Virus record (IMG/VR): IMGVR_UViG_2857886120_000002
DNA: 64,000 nt
Origin: an uncultured virus (IMG/VR IMGVR_UViG_2857886120_000002)
Lineage: Duplodnaviria > Heunggongvirae > Uroviricota > Caudoviricetes
Direction: 5' to 3' (one strand)
Shown: positions 47,281 to 56,076 of the stretch, piece after piece
Position numbering within the stretch: the stretch's first letter is position 1
How the letters are laid out: each line of letters opens with the position of its first letter
Made by a program: the position numbers and the translations under genes
Notes under the pieces: model-generated
Database searches by the model: none
Told to the model about the DNA's origin: nothing
Seen by the model: the letters and a program-made list of their open reading frames with translations, nothing else

Positions 47281-47966
47281 GGTTTTATTCTCATTGTGTC
47301 GATAAAATGTATAGCCACGCTTAAGTGGCGCTTAGATGAAGTAGAAATCGTATCTGTAATATAGGGATAAACATTAAGTGTATTAATACAATGAATTGTT
47401 GCACCTAAATGGCGTTTTGTTGTTGTATGGATGGTTTGGGTAATATACGGGTAGATATTTAATGTGTTCCCATCATAACAACTGGCTCCTATTGTTGTGC
47501 TACCGCTTGTTACCAGTTGCAGTGATAAACCTGATAAATGCCGTGAGACAGGTTTAACATCATCAATGATACGGCTTAACTCTTGGTAAGATTCATCGGT
47601 AATACCCTTATCTGATATACCAATTTCAATTGCAAATGTGCCAGGTGTTTTGCTGTTTTGCCACCATTCGATAACATTTATCAAATAACCAAATGGTTCA
47701 ACTGCACGGCGAATGGCTTCCTTGGTACCTTTTAGTTTGTGAATTTCGAATGCTTCAGCAATAACTTTGCGTTTTGTTTGTTCTGGCCAGTTTTCATCCC
47801 AGCGATCAACACTATATTGCCAAGCTAAATAGGGTAATAGTTCGAATGGGCAAGTTTTTGGGTCCCAAAGTGAACGTAAATGAATAGGTGGATCACAAAT
47901 CATAGCTTGTGATAGATTTTTTTCAAGTTGAGTGGCAGATGGTGGTAATAGCGTCCTATTCGTCAT
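47277..47966 (-). CDS. gpI: Tail/baseplate protein gpI
   Basis: LW-P-TCP--LLPYLAW--SVDRWD, H--KGT--AIRRAVEP, KPVSRHL. Confidence 0.93.
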   Translation of the reverse strand: MTNRTLLPPSATQLEKNLSQAMICDPPIHLRSLWDPKTCPFELLPYLAWQYSVDRWDENWPEQTKRKVIAEAFEIHKLKGTKEAIRRAVEPFGYLINVIEWWQNSKTPGTFAIEIGISDKGITDESYQELSRIIDDVKPVSRHLSGLSLQLVTSGSTTIGASCYDGNTLNIYPYITQTIHTTTKRHLGATIHCINTLNVYPYITDTISTSSKRHLSVAIHFIDTMRIKP

Positions 47967-48867
47967 AACCGGCAACCTCAACGTGATAATTTGTGCAATA
48001 ACTGGCTTGTTCTCGATTGATTAATATATCTTGTGCAGGTTGTAGTAATTCGACACGTTGAACGCCAGCAACATGTAATGCTGAAATTATTGCACTGCGA
48101 TTAATTCTACGTCCAATGCGGTGTTTTTCGGTTATATACTCTTGCAAATTTTTGGTAGCCGCTTTTTTGATTGGTTCCGATTCGGGACCAGGATATAAAT
48201 AAAGCTTGGCTTTTATTTCATACTCAATCAGGGTGACTGATTTAACCGTGACACGATCGGCAATAGGGCGACGATTATCTTGATTGACAGCATCGGCAAC
48301 AATACGAATAAGATCGCTACTGGCTATACCATTATTCTCACGAGATAGAATGGCGAGAGTTACGCAAGCAGGTGCGGGGCTTTCGGCGGCGGCATCTAAT
48401 ACTCGACCGTCAGCACTGCGAGCATAAAACTCATAAGCGGCACGAGGACCAGCAACGGATAAACCTTCAAATGCGGCTTGAATTCGCATTCTAAAATCGC
48501 TATCTGATTCTTTTATTTCGGGGATTGATGGCGTGACTGTATTATCTTCGTGCTGAATGATTAAGCGATAAACATGAAAGTTAGCCCCTAGATTATCTAA
48601 GTCATTGCCTTTAGCGTGGGCAATCATTAATGCGTGCGATGCTTCGTTTATACGCTGGCGTATAATTAACTCATAATACGTGCTTTCTTGTAGTAGCTTA
48701 ACGATTGGCTCACTTTCATATTGCAATGTTTTTGCCACTTCATTTTGTTGATCTGCTGGATATAGCGATATAAACTTTTCTTTACGTTGAGCAAATAAAG
48801 CTTCAAAGTCTAGTGACTCGATAATATCTGGTGCAGGTAGTTTTGATAAATCAGTTAACGTGGCCAT
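47956..48867 (-). CDS. gpJ: Baseplate assembly protein gpJ
   Basis: DLSKLPAPD, ESEPIVKLLQE, AFEGLSVAGP, RPIADRVTV. Confidence 0.95.
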   Translation of the reverse strand: MATLTDLSKLPAPDIIESLDFEALFAQRKEKFISLYPADQQNEVAKTLQYESEPIVKLLQESTYYELIIRQRINEASHALMIAHAKGNDLDNLGANFHVYRLIIQHEDNTVTPSIPEIKESDSDFRMRIQAAFEGLSVAGPRAAYEFYARSADGRVLDAAAESPAPACVTLAILSRENNGIASSDLIRIVADAVNQDNRRPIADRVTVKSVTLIEYEIKAKLYLYPGPESEPIKKAATKNLQEYITEKHRIGRRINRSAIISALHVAGVQRVELLQPAQDILINREQASYCTNYHVEVAGYDE

Positions 48868-49208
48868 GTTGCGATCTCTATATCACTGGTAAAAGTTTGA
48901 TTAGGTTTGTCTGTGCGTGAGCCTGTTAATTGCATTATCAGTTTTTCTTTATCGGCAAAAACGTCTACAGCATCTAGTTTTATACGTGGTTCCCATTGAT
49001 TTAATGCCATGACTGTCGCTGAAATGACACGCAATCTGGTTGCTTCGGTGTTTGGGTTGTCTAAAAGCAAAAATAAAAATGAACCATAATCACGGCGTTC
49101 TACGCGTGAGCCTATCGGTGTTGTTAAAATATCTTTAACTGATTGATTAATGTGATCCATATCAGTAATAGTTCGACCGTTCTGGCAATTCATTCCGATA
49201 TAACTCAT
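48855..49208 (-). CDS. gpW: Baseplate wedge protein gpW
   Basis: HI-QSV-DIL-TP-GSRV-RRDYGS, WEPRI. Confidence 0.95.
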   Translation of the reverse strand: MSYIGMNCQNGRTITDMDHINQSVKDILTTPIGSRVERRDYGSFLFLLLDNPNTEATRLRVISATVMALNQWEPRIKLDAVDVFADKEKLIMQLTGSRTDKPNQTFTSDIEIATWPR

Positions 49209-49846
49209 TTTTGAGGTCCCCCAGTTAGATCGCCACCAGCTTTGACTCCATTATGTTTATGCGTATCAAGTACAACCCCGTTTGATGACAATTTGCCTTG
49301 CTGATGAATTACGTTTCCAGTTAATACACCAGTATTACCGCTAGCACTGCCACCTGTTGCGCTAAATGATTTAAATGTCACATGATCACTACATTCAACA
49401 AGTGGTGTATCAAGGTGGATTTTGGTACCCGCTTTAGCGGTGATTTGTTCACTTGCTTCAATAACAGCAGTTTTTATGCCTTTTATGGTTAAACTGCTGT
49501 TTTTCGGTTCATATTCAAATGTTGCACCGTCTGGAAATGTTACTAAATAAGCATCTTCTGAAGTTGATGGCGCAGGGTTATCATTACAATAAAGGCTTGG
49601 TAATACGCAACCAAGTTCAAGATTACCATTTGGACTTAATATAAAAACCTGTTCACCAATAGAAGGGCGCCACCACGATCGGCTTTTACCTGCACGGTGA
49701 GTAAACCATGGTAACCAGGCAGTAACCAATTTGCCAGAACGCACTTTTACCCGATCGCCTTTGGTTTGACAAACAACGCCTTGGCGGATCAGGTTTTCAA
49801 TTTTTCGTAATATATCGACTAGGTCGGCAGGGTGATAATTTTGCAT
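49205..49846 (-). CDS. gpV: Baseplate spike gpV
   Basis: WLPW---RAG--RSWW-PS-GEQV, SNGVVLD-HKH-GV--GG. Confidence 0.95.
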   Translation of the reverse strand: MQNYHPADLVDILRKIENLIRQGVVCQTKGDRVKVRSGKLVTAWLPWFTHRAGKSRSWWRPSIGEQVFILSPNGNLELGCVLPSLYCNDNPAPSTSEDAYLVTFPDGATFEYEPKNSSLTIKGIKTAVIEASEQITAKAGTKIHLDTPLVECSDHVTFKSFSATGGSASGNTGVLTGNVIHQQGKLSSNGVVLDTHKHNGVKAGGDLTGGPQK

Positions 49847-49891
49847 AGCGCTATCATTATTATTTATAGGTAAACAATAAAGCTTATCGAC

Positions 49892-49912
49892 TTGTAAAAT
49901 TGATTTTTACAA
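49892..49912. promoter_or_regulatory. Putative Ogr-binding dyad at the V late promoter
   Basis: TTGTAAA-ATTGATT-TTTACAA. Confidence 0.7.
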
Positions 49913-50368
49913 CTTACTAGCCAAGTGGGCGATAGTGATTTGCTCAATTATGTTATAGTCGTGTTGATTGAAGCCAAGCAACTTTCTGGACGGATATTTA
50001 ATGGTCCAATCATCTTTTTTATTTACTCGTGCACGTAATCCGTAATGATGAATGTGTGTTATACGAGATACCGAATTAATAAATTTTACGGTAGCGCAGT
50101 TGCTGTTTGCTGATATGCGTAGATATTTAGTTGTTCGTAGCTTGGTAAACATTTTACGGCGAATCTTTCCCGTTTTTTTTCGAAACGCCTGTGGTCTTCT
50201 AGGTTCAAAAGAGGTGCCGTTTGGCTGTTTCTGGGCTGTAATACGTTTACGGTTACTTTCCCGTAGTTTTTTAGCAATTTCACGCGCTAATTTGGTGCGA
50301 TTACTGTTATTTAGTTGAGTGAGTATGCCGTTTGCATACTCATGTAATTTATTTAATTCGTCGGCCAT
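49907..50368 (-). CDS. gpS: Tail completion/virion morphogenesis protein gpS
   Basis: RI-AQ-QP-G--FEPR, MF-KLRT, HHYGLR, YP-R-LLGF. Confidence 0.92.
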   Translation of the reverse strand: MADELNKLHEYANGILTQLNNSNRTKLAREIAKKLRESNRKRITAQKQPNGTSFEPRRPQAFRKKTGKIRRKMFTKLRTTKYLRISANSNCATVKFINSVSRITHIHHYGLRARVNKKDDWTIKYPSRKLLGFNQHDYNIIEQITIAHLASKL

Positions 50369-50799
50369 ATTTCATTAACCCAATCAGGACGCATATCTAT
50401 GGGTGGTTCGTCGGTAATGTGTTTGTATTCCAATCCGTTGCTTCCTTTTTTTACAATAACACGCTCTGTCAATTTCAGTTCAATACTGACATCGGTTGTA
50501 TTATTGTTTAATTGCTCAATTTCAAATTTAATGGCACCTTTTCTTAGTTCAGGGTTTGCCATAAATTCTTGCTGATTGATATACATCCAACTCATTATTG
50601 GTACAATCAAATAATCAATGGGTTGTTCATAGTCAGTAATGATTAAATTAACTTTGTACTCATACTCAAAACTTAATGATTTGGCAGCCGTTGCTGTTAT
50701 GTCACCGTCATCCACAAATATATGTAATTTATCGGGATTGTTTTTGATAAATAAATTATTGTCTTCAAGTACTTTTCGAAGTTGATTAATTTTTTTCAT
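50353..50799 (-). CDS. gpR: Tail completion protein gpR
   Basis: NPDKL-IFVD-G, SLSFEY-Y, L-LTERVIV. Confidence 0.92.
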   Translation of the reverse strand: MKKINQLRKVLEDNNLFIKNNPDKLHIFVDDGDITATAAKSLSFEYEYKVNLIITDYEQPIDYLIVPIMSWMYINQQEFMANPELRKGAIKFEIEQLNNNTTDVSIELKLTERVIVKKGSNGLEYKHITDEPPIDMRPDWVNEIWPTN

Positions 50800-51052
50800 G
50801 CTGCTCCTGTTGGCATTGATAAATCATTTCGACTTGAACCGCACATTGATGCCATGCCGTTAAGATGGCTTGATTGTCGTCAATTAATGAGCGGTTCTGC
50901 TTTAAATTATTCATGGGAAGATAACAAGGCGTTACGGCTGGACAGCCAGTTTTGATAATCTGTACTTCCTTTGATTTCTGGCCGTGCGTACAACCGCTTA
51001 ATAACATCAGGCAAATCAGTATCAGACCACATACGTAATTGTTTATTTTCAT
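50786..51052 (-). CDS. lysC: o-spanin lipoprotein (LysC/Rz1-like)
   Basis: Lipobox LLSGC, GCP-VTPC-LP, W--CAVQVEMIYQCQ; overlaps lysB. Confidence 0.88.
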   Translation of the reverse strand: MKINNYVCGLILICLMLLSGCTHGQKSKEVQIIKTGCPAVTPCYLPMNNLKQNRSLIDDNQAILTAWHQCAVQVEMIYQCQQEQHEKN

Positions 51053-51353
51053 TGATAAGTTGCTCCAACTGTTGTTGATATTGACGATTTAACGTATCAA
51101 CTGCTTGCAGTTGATTTTTTTGTTCTATTAGTTTTTGTTCGTTTGCTTGATATTGATCACTAAGGTTAAGCAATTCATTGTTTTTATAATCAATGATTTC
51201 GATCAATTCTTGCTTGTCGTCTTGAAGTTGTAGATTGCTTGCCTGTAATTGTTTATTTTTGGTGCTTAATAGTTGATCTCGTAAATAGCCAAACGATAAA
51301 CAGAGCAGGAATAGCAACCACGGTAACAATTTATTTTTTAGTAGATTTTGCAT
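50907..51353 (-). CDS. lysB: i-spanin (LysB/Rz-like)
   Basis: N-terminal TM, coiled coil, ENKQLR-W--T-LP-VI-RL. Confidence 0.85.
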   Translation of the reverse strand: MQNLLKNKLLPWLLFLLCLSFGYLRDQLLSTKNKQLQASNLQLQDDKQELIEIIDYKNNELLNLSDQYQANEQKLIEQKNQLQAVDTLNRQYQQQLEQLINENKQLRMWSDTDLPDVIKRLYARPEIKGSTDYQNWLSSRNALLSSHE

Positions 51354-51918
51354 AGCTTTCGTACGTCTCTTTGAGTTTTGTGTCATAACTGTTTTTTTTA
51401 TAAGCTGGACCGTTGTAAAGTTTGGCAAACGTTGAAAAATCGTTATTTTTCATTGCTTGTAATAGCTTGCAATTCGATTTATGAGAAATAAAGCGGTAAA
51501 ACGCATCTAACTGCATTACTTCGCTTTCTGTCATACATTGTTCAAATTGTTGAGCTGATTCATAACCAAGTAGTTGCCAGTGAAAGCCCATAATCTGAAA
51601 TAAGCCCCAACTTGCACTTTCAATTGCCGAATCAATATCAATTTGTTTGGCCAGCGTTAGCCGATAGTTTTCACGAGCACCACCTAAATAACCACCAGCA
51701 ATTGAGTTGACTAAATCTGGATAAGTATTTGTTAATTTTTCTGCATCAAAGCCATGCTTTTTAAGCTGACGGTAAAAGATATGCCTTTCAAATAGAATTA
51801 CGGGCAAGCCGTTTTTAATACCTGATGAGCGAGCTTCAACTTTGGTTACTGCTTGTACCATAGCCAGCTCAACTTCTAGCTTATTAGCCACATTTTGCAA
51901 TTGTTCAGTTGTTATCAT
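51331..51918 (-). CDS. Endolysin, DUF3380 N-acetylmuramidase family
   Basis: AV--VE, ILFERHIFY, ESASWGLFQIMGFHW, FA-LYNGPAY-KN-YD-KL. Confidence 0.92.
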   Translation of the reverse strand: MITTEQLQNVANKLEVELAMVQAVTKVEARSSGIKNGLPVILFERHIFYRQLKKHGFDAEKLTNTYPDLVNSIAGGYLGGARENYRLTLAKQIDIDSAIESASWGLFQIMGFHWQLLGYESAQQFEQCMTESEVMQLDAFYRFISHKSNCKLLQAMKNNDFSTFAKLYNGPAYKKNSYDTKLKETYESYAKSTKK

Positions 51919-52208
51919 TATTTATTTAACCTCTTATGATGCTGATGTTGATTTGGAGAACGGCAAAGCGTGCCAATGTTGCCTTTGCTTTTTAAAAAGC
52001 AGATCAGCAGTGCTATATTCATAACTACCTGAGCGCAGTAAGCACGGCTTAATAAACCGAAAGATGAGAATAAAAATACTGATGCACTTGATGTAATCAT
52101 TAGCCATGCTAGCCAGCTATATTTGGCTTTGTATTGGCAATTTTCACGATCAAAGGTAAATAATCGAATAGCAATTAATAAACAAAGAAAAGCGTTAAGG
52201 GTTATCAT
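51918..52208 (-). CDS. Phage holin-family membrane protein (DUF754-like)
   Basis: Three TM segments, RL--F-R and GN motifs, inside the lysis cassette. Confidence 0.7.
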   Translation of the reverse strand: MITLNAFLCLLIAIRLFTFDRENCQYKAKYSWLAWLMITSSASVFLFSSFGLLSRAYCAQVVMNIALLICFLKSKGNIGTLCRSPNQHQHHKRLNK

Positions 52209-52582
52209 GGTTTTCCCCCTTTAAATTTATCCAATAAATCAGATGGATCATCAAACTTTTTAATTAACCAAAGAAGTAGTTTGACACTTACCGCTGATGC
52301 CACTAACGCACCAAGACCAAGCGGTACCTTGGTTTGAATGTTGGATGGAAAAAGTGGTATTAGTAAATATAATGTTATTTCGGCCAACAATATTCCAAGC
52401 ACAAACGATATAAAAAATAGAATGGTGCGACGAAGAACCGAGATATGCTCTTCACTAATTACCAGTAAGATTGATCCACACAGTGCGCCTAAAATAATGC
52501 CATTTTCAATATTGGGATAAATCATTGATATTGAAAATGCACTAATCACTGCGGTGAAGGTTGTTGTAGTTGGTTCTGTCAT
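52205..52582 (-). CDS. Putative holin
   Basis: MTEPTT start, several TM segments, between gene X and endolysin. Confidence 0.7.
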   Translation of the reverse strand: MTEPTTTTFTAVISAFSISMIYPNIENGIILGALCGSILLVISEEHISVLRRTILFFISFVLGILLAEITLYLLIPLFPSNIQTKVPLGLGALVASAVSVKLLLWLIKKFDDPSDLLDKFKGGKP

Positions 52583-52586
52583 TCGG

Positions 52587-52790
52587 TTAATCCCATAAAT
52601 TTAAGCGTTTTTTTTCTGGCTCTGGCACCACTTCAGGCACATTTACGGCGGTACCCATGGGGAGTGTTGCTGGCAGTTCACAAAGTGTTGGGTTTTGTTG
52701 GTAAATAATTTCAACAATCCCTTTAGTTTTGCCAAAAACTCGATACGCCAATGCGTCAACGGTTTCATTTTGCATTGCATAAACAATCAT
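52587..52790 (-). CDS. gpX: Tail protein gpX
   Basis: A-Q-ETVD-L-YR-FG-T, NP-L, LP-GT-V-VP, LNLWD. Confidence 0.92.
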   Translation of the reverse strand: MIVYAMQNETVDALAYRVFGKTKGIVEIIYQQNPTLCELPATLPMGTAVNVPEVVPEPEKKRLNLWD

Positions 52791-53260
52791 TAAATTAATT
52801 CCATGGTCGATCGTGATTTACCTAAAATGTCACGAATGGCATAACGTGCATTGCGGTATAAGTTGCCCACACTTTCGATGTTAGGTTCAATGTCGCCTTT
52901 GGCTTTTGCTGTTGCATCAAAATTAATGTACTGTTCATTCAATAAGGCGTTTGCCCATGAATAAACCGCATGCTTGTATAAAATCAAATATTTTGATTCA
53001 CCATTAATTTGCTCATCATTTAGATCGTTAATCGATGTAATACCTGCCGCTTGCTTTGTTAGCCGCCAGTTATATAAGTCGTCATTCACTGCAATAATTG
53101 CACTGGCAATTGCTGTTTTTAATCGCTCTGTTGTGACGGTACCGTCTAGCCGTTGAGTTTTTCGAACATCACTGATATTAATTGCTGGAAAAAACGAAAT
53201 ATTACTGATTTCGAGATTGTCAGCTTCGTTAGCGCTTGCGATAGCAGTAAAGTCGTTCAT
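52790..53260 (-). CDS. gpL: Head completion protein gpL
   Basis: FFP-I, RLDGTVT-ERL, R-ARYAIRDI, MELI. Confidence 0.92.
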   Translation of the reverse strand: MNDFTAIASANEADNLEISNISFFPAINISDVRKTQRLDGTVTTERLKTAIASAIIAVNDDLYNWRLTKQAAGITSINDLNDEQINGESKYLILYKHAVYSWANALLNEQYINFDATAKAKGDIEPNIESVGNLYRNARYAIRDILGKSRSTMELI

Positions 53261-53353
53261 AATTTACCTTTGTTGATCGGCGGTGGACAAAAGCGCTAAT
53301 GTGTAAAATACATTTATTGCTTTTGTGCCGCCGAGGTGTGAGGGTTCACCCAG

Positions 53354-54001
53354 TTAAGAATCCGCCTTATTTAAGGCCTTTTCTAATTCTTTAATAGCTG
53401 TTTTTACGCCTGAACTTTCGTCAAGTTCAAGTGCTCGTTTTAAATAGCCTAAAGCTTGCTCTGGCTGTGTTTCTTTTAACACATAGCCAATAGCTTTATT
53501 TAATTTTGCTCTGACCTGATCAAACATATCTTTATCAGCCACTAATTCGGCAAATTTAAGCAAAACATCAGCGTTAACTGTTTGCTTATTGCTAATTTGT
53601 GCTAGCGTTGTATTAGCTAATTCTTCGGTAATTAGTGTGGCGGTTTGGCGTTGGTACTCATCGGGTGTAACCCAATTGTGTTTTAATGCATGCTCAGCAA
53701 GCGGGTAGGCAAGCTCAAATTGTTTGGTGTCAATCATCCATACCATTAAACGCATAAAAACATCATCTTGCTGAGCATTATCAGACTCAAGCACGCCGTT
53801 AATCCAATCCATGTATTCGGGAATAAGTTGCTTTTTAAGCTCAATTTTTGCTTCCGTTGATTGAAATTTTTTTAAACGAATACGATCGTTATTTAGCTTG
53901 GCTAGCATCATTTCGTAAGCGTTGATTGCTCGCAGGTTGTCTGTATTACGCTCCTTTTGAGCGTAATGTTTTTGTAAAAACTTTTGTGCTGGTGATATCA
54001 T
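53354..54001 (-). CDS. gpM: Terminase small (endonuclease) subunit gpM
   Basis: SPAQ, KIELK--L-P-Y--W--GVL, QDDV, RAKL-KAIG, GVK--I--LE. Confidence 0.92.
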   Translation of the reverse strand: MISPAQKFLQKHYAQKERNTDNLRAINAYEMMLAKLNNDRIRLKKFQSTEAKIELKKQLIPEYMDWINGVLESDNAQQDDVFMRLMVWMIDTKQFELAYPLAEHALKHNWVTPDEYQRQTATLITEELANTTLAQISNKQTVNADVLLKFAELVADKDMFDQVRAKLNKAIGYVLKETQPEQALGYLKRALELDESSGVKTAIKELEKALNKADS

Positions 54002-54012
54002 CTATCTTTCCC

Positions 54013-55023
54013 TTATCTGACTTCAATATTTTCAATTAAACAACCGGCATCATAACGTTCTACAACAAAGGCTTCGTTGGCAGATTGGAAGTCTTCAATG
54101 CGATCACGTTTAGGGTTATCAATAATTTGACGGCGAGCTGTTTCATTTTGAATATAGATAGCTAAATTGTTAAAGGATGTAATTAGCATTGCTCCTTTAG
54201 GGAAGTAGGGCACTCGGTATGCTGGTAATTCACCAATTGATTTTTTAGCAAGTAAGATTTGACCTGCTACTTTTTCGGTGTTCTTATCTGCTTCGTTAGC
54301 AATAGGGAAGTATTTATCATGAAGTAATCCACGACCACAAATAACAACTAGATCGGTGTCTTCTGAATAAACTGGATCGATTAAGTTTTCAACGGCATCA
54401 TAGACTAATGCGTCAAGGTTTTTATAGTCACCACCGTTGCTGGCAATAATAATTTTACCTGGTGTTACTGTACCTTCGTTCATTACTCTTTCAGGTGCAT
54501 CTTCTCGGTAATGTTGTAACCAGCCTTTATTTACATCTTGCAGTAAAGGGTATGTGGTTTTATTGGAAGTTGGTGCACGATGGGTACCATTAAATCCAAT
54601 CATAATCCGATCTAATGCTTTTTGTTTAATTAGGGCATCACGCAAAAGGGTTTGAAAGTTCTTTTTGTGGCGCCATGCATCCAATTTTGCATAACGAATT
54701 GATGTATCGTAATTGGTTTGTTCACAACGGTAACTGAATTGGTTTAGATCTGAGATATCTACAGCTTCACGTTCTTGTGCTGTGGTATCGGTTGTACTGG
54801 CTGTTGTGCCTGTTACACCAACGCCAACTTTTTCACCTTCTTGGGCATCAACAAATTCAAAGTTAATTTTACTTAAGAATTCAGATGATTGTTGGGTGCG
54901 TTTTTCTAATGTCTGGTTTACCTCTGGATTGACAGCAAAACTTTCACTGGCATCATCAATGCCATTAAGCTGTGCAATGCGGTGTTTAAATCCATTAAAT
55001 AACTTTCGGGTTTCATTTCTCAT
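54013..55023 (-). CDS. gpN: Major capsid protein gpN
   Basis: QQSSEFL-KIN, ALDRIMIGFNG, PLLQDVNKGWLQ-YR, Y-NLDALV-DA. Confidence 0.96.
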   Translation of the reverse strand: MRNETRKLFNGFKHRIAQLNGIDDASESFAVNPEVNQTLEKRTQQSSEFLSKINFEFVDAQEGEKVGVGVTGTTASTTDTTAQEREAVDISDLNQFSYRCEQTNYDTSIRYAKLDAWRHKKNFQTLLRDALIKQKALDRIMIGFNGTHRAPTSNKTTYPLLQDVNKGWLQHYREDAPERVMNEGTVTPGKIIIASNGGDYKNLDALVYDAVENLIDPVYSEDTDLVVICGRGLLHDKYFPIANEADKNTEKVAGQILLAKKSIGELPAYRVPYFPKGAMLITSFNNLAIYIQNETARRQIIDNPKRDRIEDFQSANEAFVVERYDAGCLIENIEVR

Positions 55024-55085
55024 TATGGGTTTCCTAATTCGGTTAATCTTATTTGTTTGTTATCGTTGGTTTTAATCGTCTGCTT

Positions 55086-55925
55086 TTAGCAGTCGGTTTC
55101 AATATCCATGGAGCCGCCCGCCGAAATTGGACGTTCTGGCGATTCAGGAAGTTCACTCAATAGCTCGACAAGCTCAGTATTTTGTTTTTTTACTTTGGTA
55201 AGTTCGTTGGTTAATTCAACAATTTTGGCATCAAGATTAGTAAAGCGTTCAGTTGTCGCTGTTGCGAACTGTTCGATAATCTCACCAAGTTGTACAAACT
55301 TAGTAGAGTCTTTTTCTGATTTACTTTTAAATAAACCTGTTAGGCGATCTAACATGGCACTAAAAGCGGTATCACTTTGGGGATCCACCTCTTCAAAGTC
55401 GATCACTGTTTCTTCGGCAACGGTGAAAAGGTTATTTGGTGATTGTTTACGGCTAGCTAACGGGTTAACGCTTGCTTTTGCACTGAACTCTAAAAATTCG
55501 GTACCAAGGCTTGCAGGGTCGTCAGTGACAGCAAGACCAACAAGGTAAGCTTTGCCTGTGTCAGCAAATTCGGCATTAACTTCAATAGAGGTATAAACTT
55601 TTTGCTTAGCTTTATTAAGCTCAATGAGTTCATCAGTTGGTTCAATTTGTGCAAGTAATGCTAGCTTTCCTGCTAATGGACCGGTTTTGATTTCTTCGGC
55701 TCGTAATGCTAATACATCGCCATAGCGTTTAAATTGGCTATCAGGTGAATAACCTTTGATATGTTCCAAATTGATACGTGCACCATAAACATCACGATTA
55801 TAATTTTCTGCCATTTGCTCGATCCATTCTTTTTGGATCTTACGGCCGTCGGTGGTAGCACCTTCGACCGCAACACGAAACCATTTTGATTTAATTTTTT
55901 TTGACTTTTTAACTTCTGTGCCCAT
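55086..55925 (-). CDS. gpO: Capsid scaffolding protein gpO
   Basis: WFRVAVEGATTDGR, ARINLEH, YLVGLAVTDDPASLGTE, terminal TDC. Confidence 0.95.
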   Translation of the reverse strand: MGTEVKKSKKIKSKWFRVAVEGATTDGRKIQKEWIEQMAENYNRDVYGARINLEHIKGYSPDSQFKRYGDVLALRAEEIKTGPLAGKLALLAQIEPTDELIELNKAKQKVYTSIEVNAEFADTGKAYLVGLAVTDDPASLGTEFLEFSAKASVNPLASRKQSPNNLFTVAEETVIDFEEVDPQSDTAFSAMLDRLTGLFKSKSEKDSTKFVQLGEIIEQFATATTERFTNLDAKIVELTNELTKVKKQNTELVELLSELPESPERPISAGGSMDIETDC

Positions 55926-55995
55926 TGTTGTAATCCTTAGCTGATTGTTTTGCCTTATGTTGAATTGACAAACAAAAGAGAGCAATTGGGGCAAC

Positions 55996-56016
55996 TTGTA
56001 AATTAGAGTTTTACAA
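55996..56016. promoter_or_regulatory. Putative Ogr-binding dyad between divergent O and P promoters
   Basis: TTGTAAA-TTAGAGT-TTTACAA. Confidence 0.7.
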
Positions 56017-56076
56017 CCAGAACAAACATAAAAAAACAAAAATCATAGGTAAATTGGCGTTACTAAAGGAGAACAC

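Noticed and set aside
53278..53335. Novel RNA hairpin between genes M and L
   Set aside because: A GC-rich inverted repeat in this intergenic space is usual in P2-like phages
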